Shown here: positions 17,664 to 27,595 of the stretch, piece after piece
How the letters are laid out: the number at the start of each line of letters is the position of its first letter
Numbering within the stretch: position 1 is the stretch's first letter
From: Candidatus Binatus sp.
GTDB taxonomy: Bacteria; Desulfobacterota; Binatia; Binatales; Binataceae
Length of the DNA: 39,665 nucleotides
NCBI GenBank assembly: GCA_049590495.1
Contig: JBAWCX010000316.1
Span: 1-39,665, forward strand
Direction: 5' to 3'
The notes under the pieces: generated by a model
Told to the model about the DNA's origin: nothing
Database searches by the model: none
Seen by the model: only the letters and a program-made list of their open reading frames with translations
Made by a program: the position numbers and the translations under genes

Positions 17664-20243
17664 TTATCGTTGCGCAGCCGTCGCTTGCGGTAGCAGCGCG
17701 ACCACGCTGAGTGGTGGCAATGTGAGAGTCAGCATGTTGCCGGAATTGGAGATACCACCTGGCAACGGCCCGATCTTGACTGAATTGCTGCTCTCGTCGT
17801 TATCAGCGGGACCGTTGGTATATAGGATCGTTTCGCCAACCGCAGGCAACGTGCCGCCTGGCGGAAAGGTAACTTTGAAACTGACGCTGGCATTGTTGGA
17901 ATTGCTTAGAATCGCGCTCCAGAAGCCATTTTGAAAAAAAGCGGCGCCGTAGATGCCTGTCCATGCCGACGTATCCATTTCGTGGTACGCGCCGCCGATA
18001 GCCCGATTGAGCAGAGCCTCTGCCCATCCGATCGGCCGGATGTGAGGGAAGGTCGGCCCGAAAGTTGAGTCGAAATCATGAACGATACCCCACAATGCCG
18101 CGTCTGTCCCATGACCACTTGTGCAACTGCCACCCGATGTCAGGAATTCGGGTTGCGCAAGATTGAAGGTGTTTTGCGTTAGGGCCGGATAAAGCGTGCC
18201 TGAATTTGGACCAGTGGAACCTGCGGAAAAACCCAATATCCAATTTTGCCCGTTGAACCCCGCTGCGATCCAACCGGCCGACATAGCCCAGGCTTCAATC
18301 GGAGTCGCCGTGCCACATTGGTTGCTCATGCCGTTTTCGTAGAAAGCTAGAAACTGCTGACAGCCTGACAATCTGCCGCCGCACAATCCGTTATTGACGT
18401 TGTTCGGCACGGCTTTCGTAAACGCGCCGCGGCCGCTGGTAGCAAACTGCAGAAGTGAGTTGGAAAAGCCCAAAGCCGCGTATTGTGCCATCGTCTGGCC
18501 GGTACTCTGCTCGGGTTCAGCAGGAACGTAGGCGGCTATGGTGCCTCCATAATGCGGATCGTTGGTTGAAATCTGCGCGCTTGTGGCTGCCAGTACGCCT
18601 GAATTTCCTTCTTGACCATCCACTACGAAATAAACATTGCTTGCGTAGGTCGAGCATTTGCTCGTCATGTAGGTCTTGATGAGACCGAAGTTCCGATTCG
18701 CCATCTTGCCGTAGTTGTCGCACTGGCCTCCGCCAGCGGTGATCGGGCCGCTGGCCCAATCCTCGTTGCTCTGCTCGACGAAGGCTTTACTGAAGCCGTC
18801 GGTGGCAAAGGCCGTGCAGAGTTTGGCCGCGAACGAATTGACGTCTGCGTCACTGAATAGGTCAGGAATGCTGATCCACGGATTCGCATCAAGCGCACCA
18901 GCCATCGCGTACATATCGGACAGGCTGAAAGCCCAAGTGGAATTGCCACCCGTACCCTCCGTCGCCGAGCCGCGTAGGTAATCGTTGCCCTCGAAGTAGG
19001 AATCGTTCGACGACAATCCTTGACCGTTCATGTAGCGCAGCGTACCGGGATTGAGAGTTCGCAAGGTTGTGAGAACCTCGTTACGCCAAGGTGCCACGAT
19101 CGGACTTGCCGCTGGTCCCAGAAAGGCGTTGTCCACGTAGACTTTAGCACCAGCCGCCGAACCGCTCTGAACGGTCACCTTGAATATAAGTTCGCCAGTA
19201 TCGGAAGACTTATCTGCTCCCGTGAAGTTATAAACATACTGATGCCATGAGCGGTCCTGGATCAGGTTGAAGGTATGATTCACACTAGCCCACGAACTGC
19301 CAACACGCGCGAGCAAAAGAGTTAGCGTCGGCTTTCCCGCGGTGCCCGACGTCAGTGCGTAAAGCGACATTGACATCGAACCGCTAACTGGATGCCACGG
19401 ATAGGTTGGTGCTTTCTTGCAGGTCCCTGCGCCGCAATCCGAACTGGTTTGGCAAAACGTTACTGAGTCCTTGGAGCAGGTGCCAACGGAAGCGTTGAAG
19501 TTATCCATACCGAACTCGACCGCGTGCCGATTGCCATCATGAACATCGAACACCAGCGACGACGCACCCGCGTAGTGTTGTACGGTCGACAGTGCGATCC
19601 CAGTGTCAGAATCCTCGATACCCCAGTTCCCCGGAAGGTAGTGACCGGGACTATAACTGAGTGCAGTATTACTGACTGTCTCGCCGATTAGGTCTCCAGC
19701 CACGAGAGACGGGCACGCACTCGCGCAAGTATAAGTTCCTCCCGCAGTATATTTGGCTATCGTGAAGGTGTGTCCTGCGGAGACCCCAGTCCGCACTGAG
19801 GCAGTGACGCCGTTCCACAGGTTGCTGCTAAAGGCGTTTCCGTCGTTGGTGTCTGTAAACCCGGACGATGTAGAACTTGAACCAGCGATAATCAGGTGCC
19901 CCAGCATCGCCGGCTCAAAACCCGGATTGTCGAGGAAGTTTTGGAGATAAGCTTGGCCATCGTACTGGCTCTGGGCATCCATGTTGACGCCTATCGGCGT
20001 ACTCTTGGAGAGGACGGTAGTCGCGTTGACTGCCGCTGGACTCGGCGCAGCCGTCGCCAGATGCGGCAGTCCTAGCAGAAGTAGCCCGAACGCAGCGGCG
20101 GGCAGCAGTCGCTTCACTTGCTCGCACCCGTGAAGCCCGCGCTTCCCCTTCAATGGCGCGAGAAAGCTAACCGCGTTGGAGAATGGCGTCGTCATATCAT
20201 GGTGAGCGACGAATCCTCGGTTTGATCTGAGGAGCGGCTGCAT
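17664..20243 (-). CDS. large secreted protein; N-terminal CBM-like jelly-roll plus putative clan GH-A-like glycosidase barrel
   Basis: 859 aa. The signal peptide is KRLLPAAAFGLLLLGLPHLATA/AP, and the start may be M17 at 20195. It has an NPGFE...VYVDNAFLGP segment like CBM4/9/22. Then come LRYMNGQG, NPWISIPD and VEQSNEDW (an NE acid/base-like motif). Several Cys pairs are present. The CDS is confident; the function is tentative. Confidence 0.8.
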   Translation of the reverse strand: MQPLLRSNRGFVAHHDMTTPFSNAVSFLAPLKGKRGLHGCEQVKRLLPAAAFGLLLLGLPHLATAAPSPAAVNATTVLSKSTPIGVNMDAQSQYDGQAYLQNFLDNPGFEPAMLGHLIIAGSSSTSSGFTDTNDGNAFSSNLWNGVTASVRTGVSAGHTFTIAKYTAGGTYTCASACPSLVAGDLIGETVSNTALSYSPGHYLPGNWGIEDSDTGIALSTVQHYAGASSLVFDVHDGNRHAVEFGMDNFNASVGTCSKDSVTFCQTSSDCGAGTCKKAPTYPWHPVSGSMSMSLYALTSGTAGKPTLTLLLARVGSSWASVNHTFNLIQDRSWHQYVYNFTGADKSSDTGELIFKVTVQSGSAAGAKVYVDNAFLGPAASPIVAPWRNEVLTTLRTLNPGTLRYMNGQGLSSNDSYFEGNDYLRGSATEGTGGNSTWAFSLSDMYAMAGALDANPWISIPDLFSDADVNSFAAKLCTAFATDGFSKAFVEQSNEDWASGPITAGGGQCDNYGKMANRNFGLIKTYMTSKCSTYASNVYFVVDGQEGNSGVLAATSAQISTNDPHYGGTIAAYVPAEPEQSTGQTMAQYAALGFSNSLLQFATSGRGAFTKAVPNNVNNGLCGGRLSGCQQFLAFYENGMSNQCGTATPIEAWAMSAGWIAAGFNGQNWILGFSAGSTGPNSGTLYPALTQNTFNLAQPEFLTSGGSCTSGHGTDAALWGIVHDFDSTFGPTFPHIRPIGWAEALLNRAIGGAYHEMDTSAWTGIYGAAFFQNGFWSAILSNSNNASVSFKVTFPPGGTLPAVGETILYTNGPADNDESSNSVKIGPLPGGISNSGNMLTLTLPPLSVVALLPQATAAQR

Positions 20244-20620
20244 GGAGCTAGTAGGGCGTCATTCGGTAGCCGTGTCAAGTTTTCCTTCGGTCAAGACCGG
20301 CGGCGCATCGCGACTGCGCGGGACGACAAGCACGGTTCCCGTCGCGCGATGACCTATTCTCGCAAAAGCCCCGCACGCCCTAATCCAATGCGGAAACCGC
20401 AGCGGTCTCGGACACCCGGCACAAGCACGAGCGGGCCATTTAGAAGCTTGCGCCCTAGAGAATACGAAAGCTGCTCTACAGGTCAAAACTATCCCGAAAA
20501 TGTATGGAAACCGTCCCTAGTCACTGACCGGATTCTGTCCGCGCGAAATAATAGCACCCGTGATTTCCCTCAGGTCTCTTCCAGAGGTGCGTTCAATACT
20601 CGCAAACGCGCAAAAAGACG

Positions 20621-21676
20621 ATGGATTTGCTCGGAAATAGCGTTTTGAAGAGATGCTGTCGATCAGGTTTCATTGCCGGCATTTCGGCCCTGTTGTTTCT
20701 CGGCTGTTCGAGCACGCCAAGCCCTCAATCGCTGGAGCGTTCACTCAGCACCAACGCCGCGAAGCCAAGCCCGCCTCCGGTCCCGTCGTCTGTTGAACCT
20801 GCAGCTTTTGCGAATAGCGGGAGCGACGACCAACTCCCTCAAATTCAGGCACCGGCCGGAAAATATATCCTCGGTTCTGGCGATGTCGTAACGGTGATGG
20901 TTTGGGGGCATCCTGAACTTTCCGGCAAACGCACCATCGGTCCCGACGGCGAAATCCAGCTTCCATTCGTCGGTTCGTTTCGAGTTGCCGGCCTCAATGC
21001 CGACGATGCGAGCGGAAAGCTCACATCAGCATTACGAGAGGATTATCTTAATACGGCCGCATCGATCACCGTCGACAGCTACAACAGTAACCAGGTAATC
21101 GTCCTCGGAAACGTGGCTCACCAAGGCGTACTGATCTTCGCGGGCACTCCGACCCTGCTGGAGGCGCTCGCAATGGCCGGCGCCGCGCCCACCAAGAATA
21201 ACGAGGCAGCAATGCCGGTGCGATGCGCGATTATCCGCGGCAGAGATCGCATCCTGTGGATCGATTTGCGCCCGCTGACGAAAGGAACCGATATCTCACT
21301 GAACATTCCTTTGCACAGAAACGATCTGGTCTACGTGCCTGACCCGGACGATGAACTCGTCTACGTGATGGGGCAGGTCAAGAATCCCGGTCCGTATCCG
21401 TTGACCGCCAACATGTCTTTCCTCGAGGCTCTCGCGCGCGCCGGCGGGCCTATCGACAGCGCACAGCAGGGGAAGATCGTGCTGGCCCGTCCTAGCAAGA
21501 ACACGGAGCAGGTTGTCGATTTGGAGAACTCTGTTGAACAGGGTGGAACCAACTATAAGCTGGAGGCCGGCGACATAGTATACGTTCCTAAGAGTGGATT
21601 GGCCACGCTCGGATACGTCATGCAGCAGATAAACCCGATTACATCGATGGCGCTGTTTGGAGCCGCTTTGCTGTAG
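20621..21676 (+). CDS. wza: outer-membrane polysaccharide export lipoprotein (OPX, Wza-like)
   Basis: It has the lipobox LLFLGC, the Poly_export motif YILGSGDVVTVMVWGHPELSG...IGPDGEIQLPFVGSFRVAGL, and two SLBB-like repeats (GDIVYVP). Confidence 0.9.
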   Translation: MDLLGNSVLKRCCRSGFIAGISALLFLGCSSTPSPQSLERSLSTNAAKPSPPPVPSSVEPAAFANSGSDDQLPQIQAPAGKYILGSGDVVTVMVWGHPELSGKRTIGPDGEIQLPFVGSFRVAGLNADDASGKLTSALREDYLNTAASITVDSYNSNQVIVLGNVAHQGVLIFAGTPTLLEALAMAGAAPTKNNEAAMPVRCAIIRGRDRILWIDLRPLTKGTDISLNIPLHRNDLVYVPDPDDELVYVMGQVKNPGPYPLTANMSFLEALARAGGPIDSAQQGKIVLARPSKNTEQVVDLENSVEQGGTNYKLEAGDIVYVPKSGLATLGYVMQQINPITSMALFGAALL

Positions 21677-21697
21677 GCGCACGCGCGTCGAGGTTCA

Positions 21698-23875
21698 ATG
21701 GTTCCGTCTGCAAATCAATACGGCGCGATCGCCCGGCCCGCTTCGATCTCGTGGGTTGTAGCTGCCCGGCCTCCTACACCTTGGGCGAGCACCTGGGCGC
21801 ACAAGCGCTTGGCGATAGCGGTGATGGTGGCGATTACCATGGTCGGTCTGGCGATCGCGATGACGTCGGGCCGTTCCTATGTGGCTGAAGCTACCATTCG
21901 CGTTTCACCGGTCTCAGCTTCAGGCGATGTTGGAGAGTCTCGTTTCAATTCCAGCATTGACTACCGTGACTTCGTGCAGGAACAGGTTTTTGAAATCAAG
22001 AACTATGCAACGACTACCGAGGCGCTCGACCTGCTCGGGCCGAAGCGGTCGCTTTGGCAACTGCCGGGCGAGGGCGATCGGCTTGCGGCCGAGCGCCTGA
22101 TGGCGATGCTCAAGGTGGAGCCGGTTCCTGACAGCTATCTGGTCAGCATCGCGCTCGGCGGCGGGCAACCCGCGGGCCTTGCCGACGTCGTAAACGCAGT
22201 CGCCAAATCCTACCTTTCAAGAACGGCCAAGCGGGAGTTGGACGGCGCCGGCATAGGGTTTCAACTGCTCACATCGCGGCAGACGGAGCTGGAACAAAAT
22301 ATTTCGAACGATCAACAACAACTCGCCGGGCTGACCCAGGAATTGGGAATGCCGAGCGTTGAGGGTCCGCTCGTAAACCCCTACGACAAGATGCTGGCAG
22401 ACAGCAACACCGCTCTTGCTCACGCCCGCCGCAACGTCCTGCTGGCTCAAGCTCACCTTGATGCGGTAAAGGCGCATCGCGAGCGAATCAAAGACGCAGA
22501 TGTTGAAGCCAAGGCCGAACAACAGGTCGCGGGCAACGGATCGGAGACTACCACCGCCAAGCAGCAACTGATTCAGCAGCGCGAGCAGGCGTTGGTCGAA
22601 CTGAGCGGACTTGGTCCCAACCATCCTGGCCGCAAGGCTCTCGAGGCGCAGATCGAAACCACCAACAAGGAGCTGGCAAAGCTTGACCAGGCCGCGCTCG
22701 ATCGCGTCCGTTCAATGCTGAGCGACAGCGAGGACGCTACCACCAGCGTTGATATTTCGGAAGCTCAATCGAATCTCGAGCAGATGCAATCGGCCGAGAA
22801 AGGAATCGAGAAGGAACTTGATAGCGTGAAAGTCGCCGCGGCTTCTTTCGGCACCAAGTACAGCCAGGCGGTCACGGTCCACGAGAGGTTAGAACGCGAG
22901 GACAAAGATCTGCAGGATGTTATGGAGCGCATGAGCTTGCTGCGCCTGAAGAGCCAGGCGCCAGGGATCATTGCGCTCGAGGCCGCCGCCATGGTCCCGG
23001 ACATTCCGCAAAAGAGCGCCCGCAGAAAGATTCTCGCACTATTCCTGTTCGCTGCGCTGGTGGTGGGTGTCGCAGTACCGACGGTTATCGATCTTACCGA
23101 TCAAAGAATTAAAACCGCCGATGAGTTTGCGGCGATCCTGGGATTTCCGCCGCTTGGAGTCGCACTCGGATCGAACGGAGATGGCGGACAAGAAGCACTG
23201 CGCCGAATTGCGTTTGGTATCATGCGCGAGTGGCGCACTTCGGGAATTCGAAGCTATGTACTCACCTCGGCCCGAGAGGGTTCAAATGCCGATCTTTCGC
23301 TTATGCTAGCTGACGAGCTTACGGACCTGGGTGTGCGCACGCTTGCAATTGAGGCAAGCCTGACCGGACAGAATCCTCGTCAACTCAGACCGCCATTAGC
23401 ACCGGGAGTTGGTGGCGTTTCTGCACGGATGACGAAGCGACTGGTCCCGCGAGTCGCGAAGACCGGCGTACTCGACACCAAGGGTCAATCGGCGTTGCAA
23501 GCCAATGGCGATAGCAACCTGCCGCGCGCGCAAAATGGAGTCGCGCGTACTTTCAGCTACATGCGCGAATCTGTCGATCGCGCACTTAGCAATCACGATA
23601 TTGTGCTACTCGCAGCGCCGCCAGTGTTGGCCTCGGCGGACGCTATAGCAATGGTCCAGATGCCTGCCGGCGCCATTCTGGTCGTACGAGCCGGCCGCGA
23701 CGATGTTTCTGAAATCGCGGCCGCAGTCCGTGAACTGGAAAGATGCGTTCCGCCTGTGGTCGGCGCGATCATGTGGGGTGACCCACATCAGAAAGGCGAA
23801 GATCGATTCGATACGGAATTCGACACCGGAGATTCGCCCGAAGGGCGCTACCACTATCCCTGGACCGGGAGATGA
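21698..23875 (+). CDS. polysaccharide co-polymerase (PCP-2a/Wzc-like) with degenerate C-terminal kinase-like domain
   Basis: 725 aa. Order is TM1, a Wzz-type segment (SYVAEATIRVSP), a long coiled coil, TM2 (ILALFLFAALVVGVAV), then a P-loop-ATPase-like domain. In that domain Walker A, A-prime and B read TSAREGSN, LAIEASL and VLLAAPP. Confidence 0.88.
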   Translation: MVPSANQYGAIARPASISWVVAARPPTPWASTWAHKRLAIAVMVAITMVGLAIAMTSGRSYVAEATIRVSPVSASGDVGESRFNSSIDYRDFVQEQVFEIKNYATTTEALDLLGPKRSLWQLPGEGDRLAAERLMAMLKVEPVPDSYLVSIALGGGQPAGLADVVNAVAKSYLSRTAKRELDGAGIGFQLLTSRQTELEQNISNDQQQLAGLTQELGMPSVEGPLVNPYDKMLADSNTALAHARRNVLLAQAHLDAVKAHRERIKDADVEAKAEQQVAGNGSETTTAKQQLIQQREQALVELSGLGPNHPGRKALEAQIETTNKELAKLDQAALDRVRSMLSDSEDATTSVDISEAQSNLEQMQSAEKGIEKELDSVKVAAASFGTKYSQAVTVHERLEREDKDLQDVMERMSLLRLKSQAPGIIALEAAAMVPDIPQKSARRKILALFLFAALVVGVAVPTVIDLTDQRIKTADEFAAILGFPPLGVALGSNGDGGQEALRRIAFGIMREWRTSGIRSYVLTSAREGSNADLSLMLADELTDLGVRTLAIEASLTGQNPRQLRPPLAPGVGGVSARMTKRLVPRVAKTGVLDTKGQSALQANGDSNLPRAQNGVARTFSYMRESVDRALSNHDIVLLAAPPVLASADAIAMVQMPAGAILVVRAGRDDVSEIAAAVRELERCVPPVVGAIMWGDPHQKGEDRFDTEFDTGDSPEGRYHYPWTGR

Positions 23876-23983
23876 CTTTGATCACCGGGCAAACCTCGCC
23901 CTCCAGCTAAAGGATGTTCAAACCGCATTCGCCACTAGCATCGGGCCATTTAATCCGCGGCCCACGTAACCGGAGAGCAGCCA

Positions 23984-25363
23984 TTGACAGGCATTGATTT
24001 GTCGCTGCTGGCTGGTCTGCCGGGTTTGATCGCTCTGATCGTATGCATCAGGCGAGGACCCGAACACGCGTTCATGAACGTGTACCTGCCGTCGTTGCTG
24101 CTCCTGCCCGACGCATGCCGCATGTCCCTCTCGGGGCAATTTAATTTCGCAGAAAGCGCGATCATTCCCATCGCGGCGTTTTACCTTTGGAAAGAGGGAA
24201 GAAATTGGAAATGGTGCCTCACTGATCTTCTGATCCTGACCTTCGCGGCGCTTACGACGATCTCCGAATACGTGAATAGCGACTATTGGCTGGCCCAACA
24301 CCTCGCGCTGAGCATGACCACGACGACCATTCTGCCCTATATCGTTACCAGAGGGTTGGTCGCGCGGGATGAACTGAGCGCCGAGGTTGCAAAGAAAATT
24401 GTGATACTCACTACGTTTGTCGCGATCGTCTCGATCTATGAGTTCAGGATGACGTCGAATCTGTTTCGCCACGTGACGTCAACTTTCTTTCCGGAGCATA
24501 TCCCCGAGATTCCGGCTCTGCGATATGGCTTCGTGCGAATAGCAGGGCCATGGACCCATCCGATATTAGCCGGAATAATTTTCGCGGTTACCTATAGAAT
24601 TGCACGATGGTTGGAATGGACGCGCAACTGGTCGGGAGACGTACCGTTTCTTCCGATTAGCAAGGTGCGATTCTGCGAATTGTCGTTGCTTGCTGGCAGT
24701 GTAATGACGGTCTCGCGAGGACCGTGGATAGGTGCCATCGTCGCCGCCCTAATCGTTTTTTTGTTAAGAGTGCGCCACCGCTCCTATGTCACGGTATTTG
24801 CCGTCGCAGCGGTCTTCATATTGATGGTCCCGGCATATAGCAGCTTTGATGCATATGTGAATGTGGACCGCGCGCGAAGCCACGATGAGGCAGAAGACTC
24901 AGCGGCTTACCGGAAGCAAATGATTCAGGAATATATCTTGATCGCCGAAGAACGTCCGACCTGGGGTTGGGGCGTCGGCCACGATGGAAAGGCCCTCTTC
25001 CCGATAATCGAAGGAATGGAATCTATAGACAATCACTACCTGCTCGTGGCGCTTACCTCCGGTATGTATGCATTGACTGCAATCGTCTTGATCCTTCTGT
25101 GGGCGCCACTCCGACTGCTTGGCTTCGTTTTGCGACGCTCTCGGGATGACTCGACAACAACGCTAGGAGTCACATTTATCGGAATATTTGTAATATTGAT
25201 GATTTCGATTTCGACCTCATGGCTGGGAGCGCAGACTCAACCACTGCTCTTTATGATTGCGGGTTGGAGTGAAGGGCTGCTGGCTGCGCCGTTGCTGATG
25301 ACTGCAAAGGCGCCATCCGCAGTGCGCAGAGCTACTTATAGGTTTGAAAGAGTGATGGTCTGA
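23984..25363 (+). CDS. wzy: O-antigen polymerase/ligase-family membrane protein (Wzy)
   Basis: 459 aa, polytopic. It has a Wzy_C-like loop (MTVSRGPWIGAIVAALIVFLL, then a large loop). The start is TTG. Its position after the PCP is typical. Confidence 0.78.
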   Translation: MTGIDLSLLAGLPGLIALIVCIRRGPEHAFMNVYLPSLLLLPDACRMSLSGQFNFAESAIIPIAAFYLWKEGRNWKWCLTDLLILTFAALTTISEYVNSDYWLAQHLALSMTTTTILPYIVTRGLVARDELSAEVAKKIVILTTFVAIVSIYEFRMTSNLFRHVTSTFFPEHIPEIPALRYGFVRIAGPWTHPILAGIIFAVTYRIARWLEWTRNWSGDVPFLPISKVRFCELSLLAGSVMTVSRGPWIGAIVAALIVFLLRVRHRSYVTVFAVAAVFILMVPAYSSFDAYVNVDRARSHDEAEDSAAYRKQMIQEYILIAEERPTWGWGVGHDGKALFPIIEGMESIDNHYLLVALTSGMYALTAIVLILLWAPLRLLGFVLRRSRDDSTTTLGVTFIGIFVILMISISTSWLGAQTQPLLFMIAGWSEGLLAAPLLMTAKAPSAVRRATYRFERVMV

Positions 25364-25372
25364 GACAAGTGC

Positions 25373-27592
25373 GTGGATAGCTATTTCGACAATTTTCCCG
25401 CGAGTAAGACTTCTTTAGCGCGGCAGCAAAGGAGTATCGATTACTTCGCTAAGTCGCAGCCACGCGAGAACTCAAAGCGGCAGGTGGCTTTGCTTGGTAC
25501 CGGCTATATCGCCGAGTGGCACGCGAAAGCTATCGCATCGATTCGCGATATCGAATTGGTAGCGGTATGCGATCAAGAGCTATCGCGGGCGTCGGCCTTC
25601 GCACAAAAGTTCGATGTGCCGCGAGTGTACCGCACCCTCGAAGCAATGCTTGCGGCCGAGCAGCTCGATTCGGTCCACGTCCTGCTTCCACCGGATATTC
25701 ATTTCCAGGCGGCCAAAACGATCCTTGCCGCGGGGGTGAATGCATTTGTCGAAAAGCCAATGTGCCTTTGTCCCCAGGAATGCGAGGTGCTGACGCGCGC
25801 GGCTGAGGGGCGCAAGCTAAAGCTCGGTGTCGGACACAACTTCCTGTTTTCTGAATGCTACGAGCGACTGCGAAACGACGTGCGCGACGGAATTCTCGGG
25901 TCCATCGATCACCTTACCATCACTTGGCTTCGCGAGCTTCCGCAAGCAACCACTGGCCCCTTCGACATCTGGATGCTCCGCGAACCCGGCAACGTGATGC
26001 TGGAAGTCGGGTCGCATTGCGTCGCGCAAATGCTAGACCTATCGGGCCTCCCTGACCAGATCTGGACGCAACCAAGCAATCCTATAGACCTGCCTTCTGG
26101 TCAGAAGTTCTATCGGCGATGGCAGGTGAACGCGTTGAACGGACGCACCGCAGTGGAGCTACGATTTTCTTTTGTGCCGGGGTTCGGTGAATACACGATT
26201 CACGCGCGCGGATCGCTCGCTGCCGCCACGGTTGATTTCGCTCACAATACCTACACACGGCGGCATCACCGGCCACTCGGCGAAGACTTCGACCGCTATG
26301 CGATGGTCGTCGACGGCGCGAGAAGTGCTCGCAGTCAAGCGCGGCGAACGCTAGGGAACTACGTGCTGTCAAAGCTTCACCTTCGTTCAAACGGCACTCC
26401 CTACGGGGCGAGCATCGCCGGCGCCCTGAAGGCGTTTTATAGAACGGACGACGGAGCAATCGACGCGCGCATCGGCGGACAGCGAGGCATGGAAGTGAGC
26501 CGCATATGTGAGGAAATCGCGCGCGCAGCACAGCCGGCCCAAGCGCCGGCTGTAGCCGATTCACCAACGAACAAAGCCACCGAGTCGCGGGAAGCACGCA
26601 TTCTCGTACTCGGCGCGACCGGATTCATTGGCCGCGAACTGACGCGGCGATTATTCGAATCCGGCCATCGCGTCCGAGTACTGGTTCGAAATCCCGGCAA
26701 GCTCGTGGCGGATTTGCGCAATCCTCGAGTCGAGTGTCTGCGAGGAGATTTGAATGACTCCGCTTCTCTGCGAAGTGCGATGGCCGGAATCGATTGCGTA
26801 TACCATCTGGCTAGAGCCGACGTGAGGAGTTGGGCCGATTACCAGCGCTACGAGATCGGTGTCACGCGCGAAGTCGCGGAAGCAGTTCTGGCCACCGGCG
26901 CGAAGCGACTAGTGTATACCGGCACCATCGATTCCTACTACGCCGGAGCTGGTGCCGGCACCATTACCGAAGATAGCCCGCTCGATCCGGGAATCGAGCG
27001 GCGCAACCTATATGCCCGTGCGAAAGCCGCCTCCGAGAAGATGCTCTTACAGATGCATCGAGAGAGGGGCCTTCCAGTCGTTATCCTGAGACCAGGGATC
27101 GTAATCGGGCGCGGAGGCAGCCCCATGCATTGGGGCGTCGGAAGGTGGTGGTATGGATCCGTCTGCCAGACCTGGGGCAACGGCCGCAATCCCCTGCCTC
27201 TGGTCTTGGTCGAGGATGTAGCCAGGGGACTCGTCGCCGCATCTGAAGTGCCGGGCATCGAGGGCGAATCGTTCAACCTCGTCGCCGATCCGTGTCTCAC
27301 AGCCCAGGACTATCTCGACGAAATTGATCGGTTCAGCGGCATCCGGATTCGACGCTATTCGCCTCCGATCCTGAAGTTTTATCTGACTGATATGTTTAAG
27401 TGGGTGGCGAAAGTCCTCACGCGTCATCCCGAGCGACAGCTCCCGAGCTATCGCGATTGGGAGACCCGCCGACAGTGCGCAACTTTCGATTGCACACGAG
27501 CCAGGGTTCGTCTGAACTGGAGGCCGACCTCGAATCGCGCCGAGCTGGTGCGCGACGGGATCCACGAGCCGATGAAAGAGCTGTTGAGTTAG
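25373..27592 (+). CDS. bifunctional fusion: Gfo/Idh/MocA oxidoreductase + extended-SDR NAD-dependent epimerase/dehydratase
   Basis: 739 aa. The N-terminal part has VALLGTGYIAEWHAKAI and the EKP motif (FVEKPM). An Ala/Pro linker lies near 26530-26595. The C-terminal part has ILVLGATGFIGRELTRRL and YARAKAASE (YxxxK). Confidence 0.85.
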   Translation: MDSYFDNFPASKTSLARQQRSIDYFAKSQPRENSKRQVALLGTGYIAEWHAKAIASIRDIELVAVCDQELSRASAFAQKFDVPRVYRTLEAMLAAEQLDSVHVLLPPDIHFQAAKTILAAGVNAFVEKPMCLCPQECEVLTRAAEGRKLKLGVGHNFLFSECYERLRNDVRDGILGSIDHLTITWLRELPQATTGPFDIWMLREPGNVMLEVGSHCVAQMLDLSGLPDQIWTQPSNPIDLPSGQKFYRRWQVNALNGRTAVELRFSFVPGFGEYTIHARGSLAAATVDFAHNTYTRRHHRPLGEDFDRYAMVVDGARSARSQARRTLGNYVLSKLHLRSNGTPYGASIAGALKAFYRTDDGAIDARIGGQRGMEVSRICEEIARAAQPAQAPAVADSPTNKATESREARILVLGATGFIGRELTRRLFESGHRVRVLVRNPGKLVADLRNPRVECLRGDLNDSASLRSAMAGIDCVYHLARADVRSWADYQRYEIGVTREVAEAVLATGAKRLVYTGTIDSYYAGAGAGTITEDSPLDPGIERRNLYARAKAASEKMLLQMHRERGLPVVILRPGIVIGRGGSPMHWGVGRWWYGSVCQTWGNGRNPLPLVLVEDVARGLVAASEVPGIEGESFNLVADPCLTAQDYLDEIDRFSGIRIRRYSPPILKFYLTDMFKWVAKVLTRHPERQLPSYRDWETRRQCATFDCTRARVRLNWRPTSNRAELVRDGIHEPMKELLS

Positions 27593-27595
27593 GAC

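Noticed and set aside
20262-20274. TTCGGTAGCCGTG resembling the ops/JUMPstart element (GGCGGTAGCGTG) upstream of the wza-led operon.
   Set aside because: Only the CGGTAGC core matches, and an extra base breaks the alignment. The ops/RfaH system is documented for enterobacterial-type loci, and no RfaH context is visible here. This is probably chance.
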